Origin: Eledone cirrhosa
Taxonomy: Eukaryota
Length of the DNA: 21,430 nucleotides
Direction: 5' to 3'
Assembly: GCA_964016885.1 (NCBI GenBank)
Contig: CAXHJY010001346.1
Location: 1 to 21,430, forward strand
Under the pieces are notes generated by a model that made no database searches, was not told the DNA's origin, and worked only from the letters and a program-made list of their open reading frames with translations. Positions 14,090 to 21,430 of this stretch are shown one piece after another. The position numbers and the translations under genes are program-made. Position 1 is the first letter of the stretch. Every line of letters starts with the position of its first letter.

Positions 14090-14566
14090 CTATTCTCAGT
14101 TAAGTCTCCAGGCAATGCGCGGACACTGGCGGCTCATATAAAAATAATAATAATTCGGTAGATCGAACAGCTTGCGAGGACTGGATTCTATGTACCGAAA
14201 TTCTCACTGCTTCAAGTCAAATGGCCGATTCTAAAGAATCAATCACGTGACACAGAGGCTAGTTAGAAGGAATGGGATGGTAAGATGACTGACGCCTACT
14301 AACACCCCAAAAAAAAATTTTTTTTAGAAGTGGTTTTGACAAGTTTGCTCGACAAATCAGTGATTTGGAGATAAATATAGATAATTTAATATATCAACTA
14401 ACATAAACGCACAGATGCACGCCCATGCCAGCAAATACACAGGTTATGTCATAGTACCTAGGTGGTTCAATGCAGGAGAATGCAGAACAATAATATAAAG
14501 GACGTAAAATAAGAAAATATTTTTTTTTTAAAATTTAAAAAAAATTTTTTTCTTACTTAAATTTTC

Positions 14567-14648
14567 ACTCCAACTAATTAGTTTCTGCAATGGGATAAAG
14601 ACAGTTACGTAATCCAACTGTCGAGAATTCATTGCGTCATCAGGAAGT
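14567..14648 (-). ncRNA. Hammerhead with extended helix II, copy 2
   Basis: Same motif; one substitution in the apical loop relative to copy 1. Confidence 0.78.
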
Positions 14649-15124
14649 CTATTCTCAGTTAAGTCTCCAGGCAATGCGCGGACACTGGCGGCTCATATAA
14701 AAATAATAATAATTCGGTAGATCGAACAGCTTGCGAGGACTGGATTCTATGTACCGAAATTCTCACTGCTTCAAGTCAAATGGCCGATTCTAAAGAATCA
14801 ATCACGTGACACAGAGGCTAGTTAGAAGGAATGGGATGGTAAGATGACTGACGCCTACTAACACCCCAAAAAAAATTTTTTTTTTAGAAGTGGTTTTGAC
14901 AAGTTTGCTCGACAAATCAGTGATTTGGAGATAAATATAGATAATTTAATATATCAACTAACATAAGCGCACAGATGCACGCCCATGCCAGCAAATACAC
15001 AGGTTATGTCATAGTACCTAGGTGGTTCAATGCAGGAGAATGCAGAACAATAATATAAAGGACGTAAAATAAGAAAATATTTTTTTAAAAAATTTAAAAA
15101 AAATTTTTTCTTACTTAAATTTTC

Positions 15125-15206
15125 ACTCCAACTAATTAGTTTCTGCAATGGGATAAAGACAGTTACGTAATCCAACTGTCGAGAATTCATTGCGTCATCA
15201 GGAAGT
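15125..15206 (-). ncRNA. Hammerhead with extended helix II, copy 3
   Basis: Same motif as copy 2; a fourth copy (15689-15735) is truncated. Confidence 0.78.
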
Positions 15207-15735
15207 CTATTCTCAGTTAAGTCTCCAGGCAATGCGCGGACACTGGCGGCTCATATAAAAATAATAATAATTCGGTAGATCGAACAGCTTGCGAGGACTG
15301 GATTCTATGTACCGAAATTCTCACTGCTTCAAGTCAAATGGCCGATTCTAAAGAATCAATCACGTGACACAGAGGCTAGTTAGAAGGAATGGGATGGTAA
15401 GATGACTGACGCCTACTAACACCCCAAAAAAAAATTTTTTTTTTTTTAGAAGTGGTTTTGACAAGTTTGCTCGACAAATCAGTGATTTGGAGATAAATAT
15501 AGATAATTTAATATATCAACTAACATAAGCGCACAGATGCACGCCCATGCCAGCAAATACACAGGTTATGTCATAGTACCTAGGTGGTTCAATGCAGGAG
15601 AATGCAGAACAATAATATAAAGGACGTAAAATAAGAAAATATTTTTTTAAAAAAATTTAAAAAAAATTTTTTTCTTACTTAAATTTTCACTCCAACTAAT
15701 TAGTTTCTGCAATGGGATAAAGACAGTTACGTAAT

Positions 15736-15882
15736 AAAAAAATATTTTCTTATTTTACGTCCTTTATATTATTGTTCTGCATTCTCCTGCATTGAACCAC
15801 CTAGGTACTATGACATAACCTGTGTATTTGCTGGCATGGGCGTGCATCTGTGCGCTTATGTTAGTTGATATATTAAATTATC

Positions 15883-15887
<5 letters not shown>
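15736..15887 (+). repeat. Inverted ~150-bp fragment of the 560-bp unit
   Basis: Reverse complement of ~15497-15648; runs into (TA)n. Confidence 0.93.
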
Positions 15888-20892
<5,005 letters not shown>

Positions 20893-21430
20893 TGGCGGCG
20901 ATGAATTAGTTTTGCGAGGTTTTTTATATGAAATCGTGTGTCGAAACAGATATTGTTATATTTGGGGAGGGTCATATTTGCGTAATATTGCCAGAATTAA
21001 TAACAGAACACACTCACTGTTTGGTTGGTTTTCGCTTCTCGCTGTCTTTTATATATATATATCTGCGATCTAACTTACTCGGTCCTCAATGTTGCCATTG
21101 ACTGACCGGCGGTCAAAAATAATACAGATACAATATAGACAAACACATATATATATAGTTTACATAAATCTTTCGTTGCACATCTGCAACATCGTCAGTG
21201 GTGTTATATTCATTGTTCCTCCTGTTGTGTTGTATGTCTACGCCATTTTTTTGTTCAGTCTGTCTATATATTTATTTATTTATTTGCTTGTTTGTTTATC
21301 TTATTTTATTTTGTCTTCTTTGCGCATGCGTTTGCGTGTGTGTATAGTGTTATGTGTGATGTGTGACTAGTGTGGATAGTGTTGTGTCTGCTGGGTGACT
21401 GGTGTGTGTTTATGTGCTTGTGTATGTATT

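Noticed and set aside
14954-15232. 92-aa ORF in the 560-bp array (and the 62-aa ORF across 10254-10442)
   Set aside because: The first crosses variable homopolymers that shift the frame between units; the second exists only because of the inversion junction.
20893-21430. Possible HHR half (GTCGAAACAGATATTGTT near 20940) and a 93-aa hydrophobic ORF
   Set aside because: No CTGANGA box or convincing helices; the ORF reflects T-rich low complexity. May be an interspersed repeat, but I cannot identify it.

Overview
Eukaryotic, extremely microsatellite-rich (TA/CA) DNA, probably animal; the host cannot be named from the sequence. No host gene is supported, and nearly all tracked ORFs are translations of dinucleotide repeats. 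The only real coding region is a 5'-truncated Penelope-like retroelement (PLE) on the minus strand (RT + CxCx5Cx5C linker + C-terminal GIY-YIG, Naiad-like; 1818-~3521, one nonsense codon). It is inserted into one arm of a large inverted duplication. The main hidden signal is a cluster of type I hammerhead ribozymes (HHRs): a 310-bp tandem array with 15 HHRs in two oppositely oriented arms (8488-13184); a ~560-bp tandem array with 3 HHRs carrying an unusually long helix II (13938-15887); a solo HHR behind a CCAAT/CACCC/TATA cassette (6950-7000); and degenerate or truncated HHRs at 4125-4172/6148-6195 and 8130-8161. Four insertions share one architecture: an inverted segment on the 5' side, with ends merging into (TA)n. 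The simplest reading (inference) is a (TA)n hotspot repeatedly hit by PLEs and by non-autonomous HHR retrozyme-like RNAs mobilised by PLE machinery. All structures were folded by eye; none was computed or tested.
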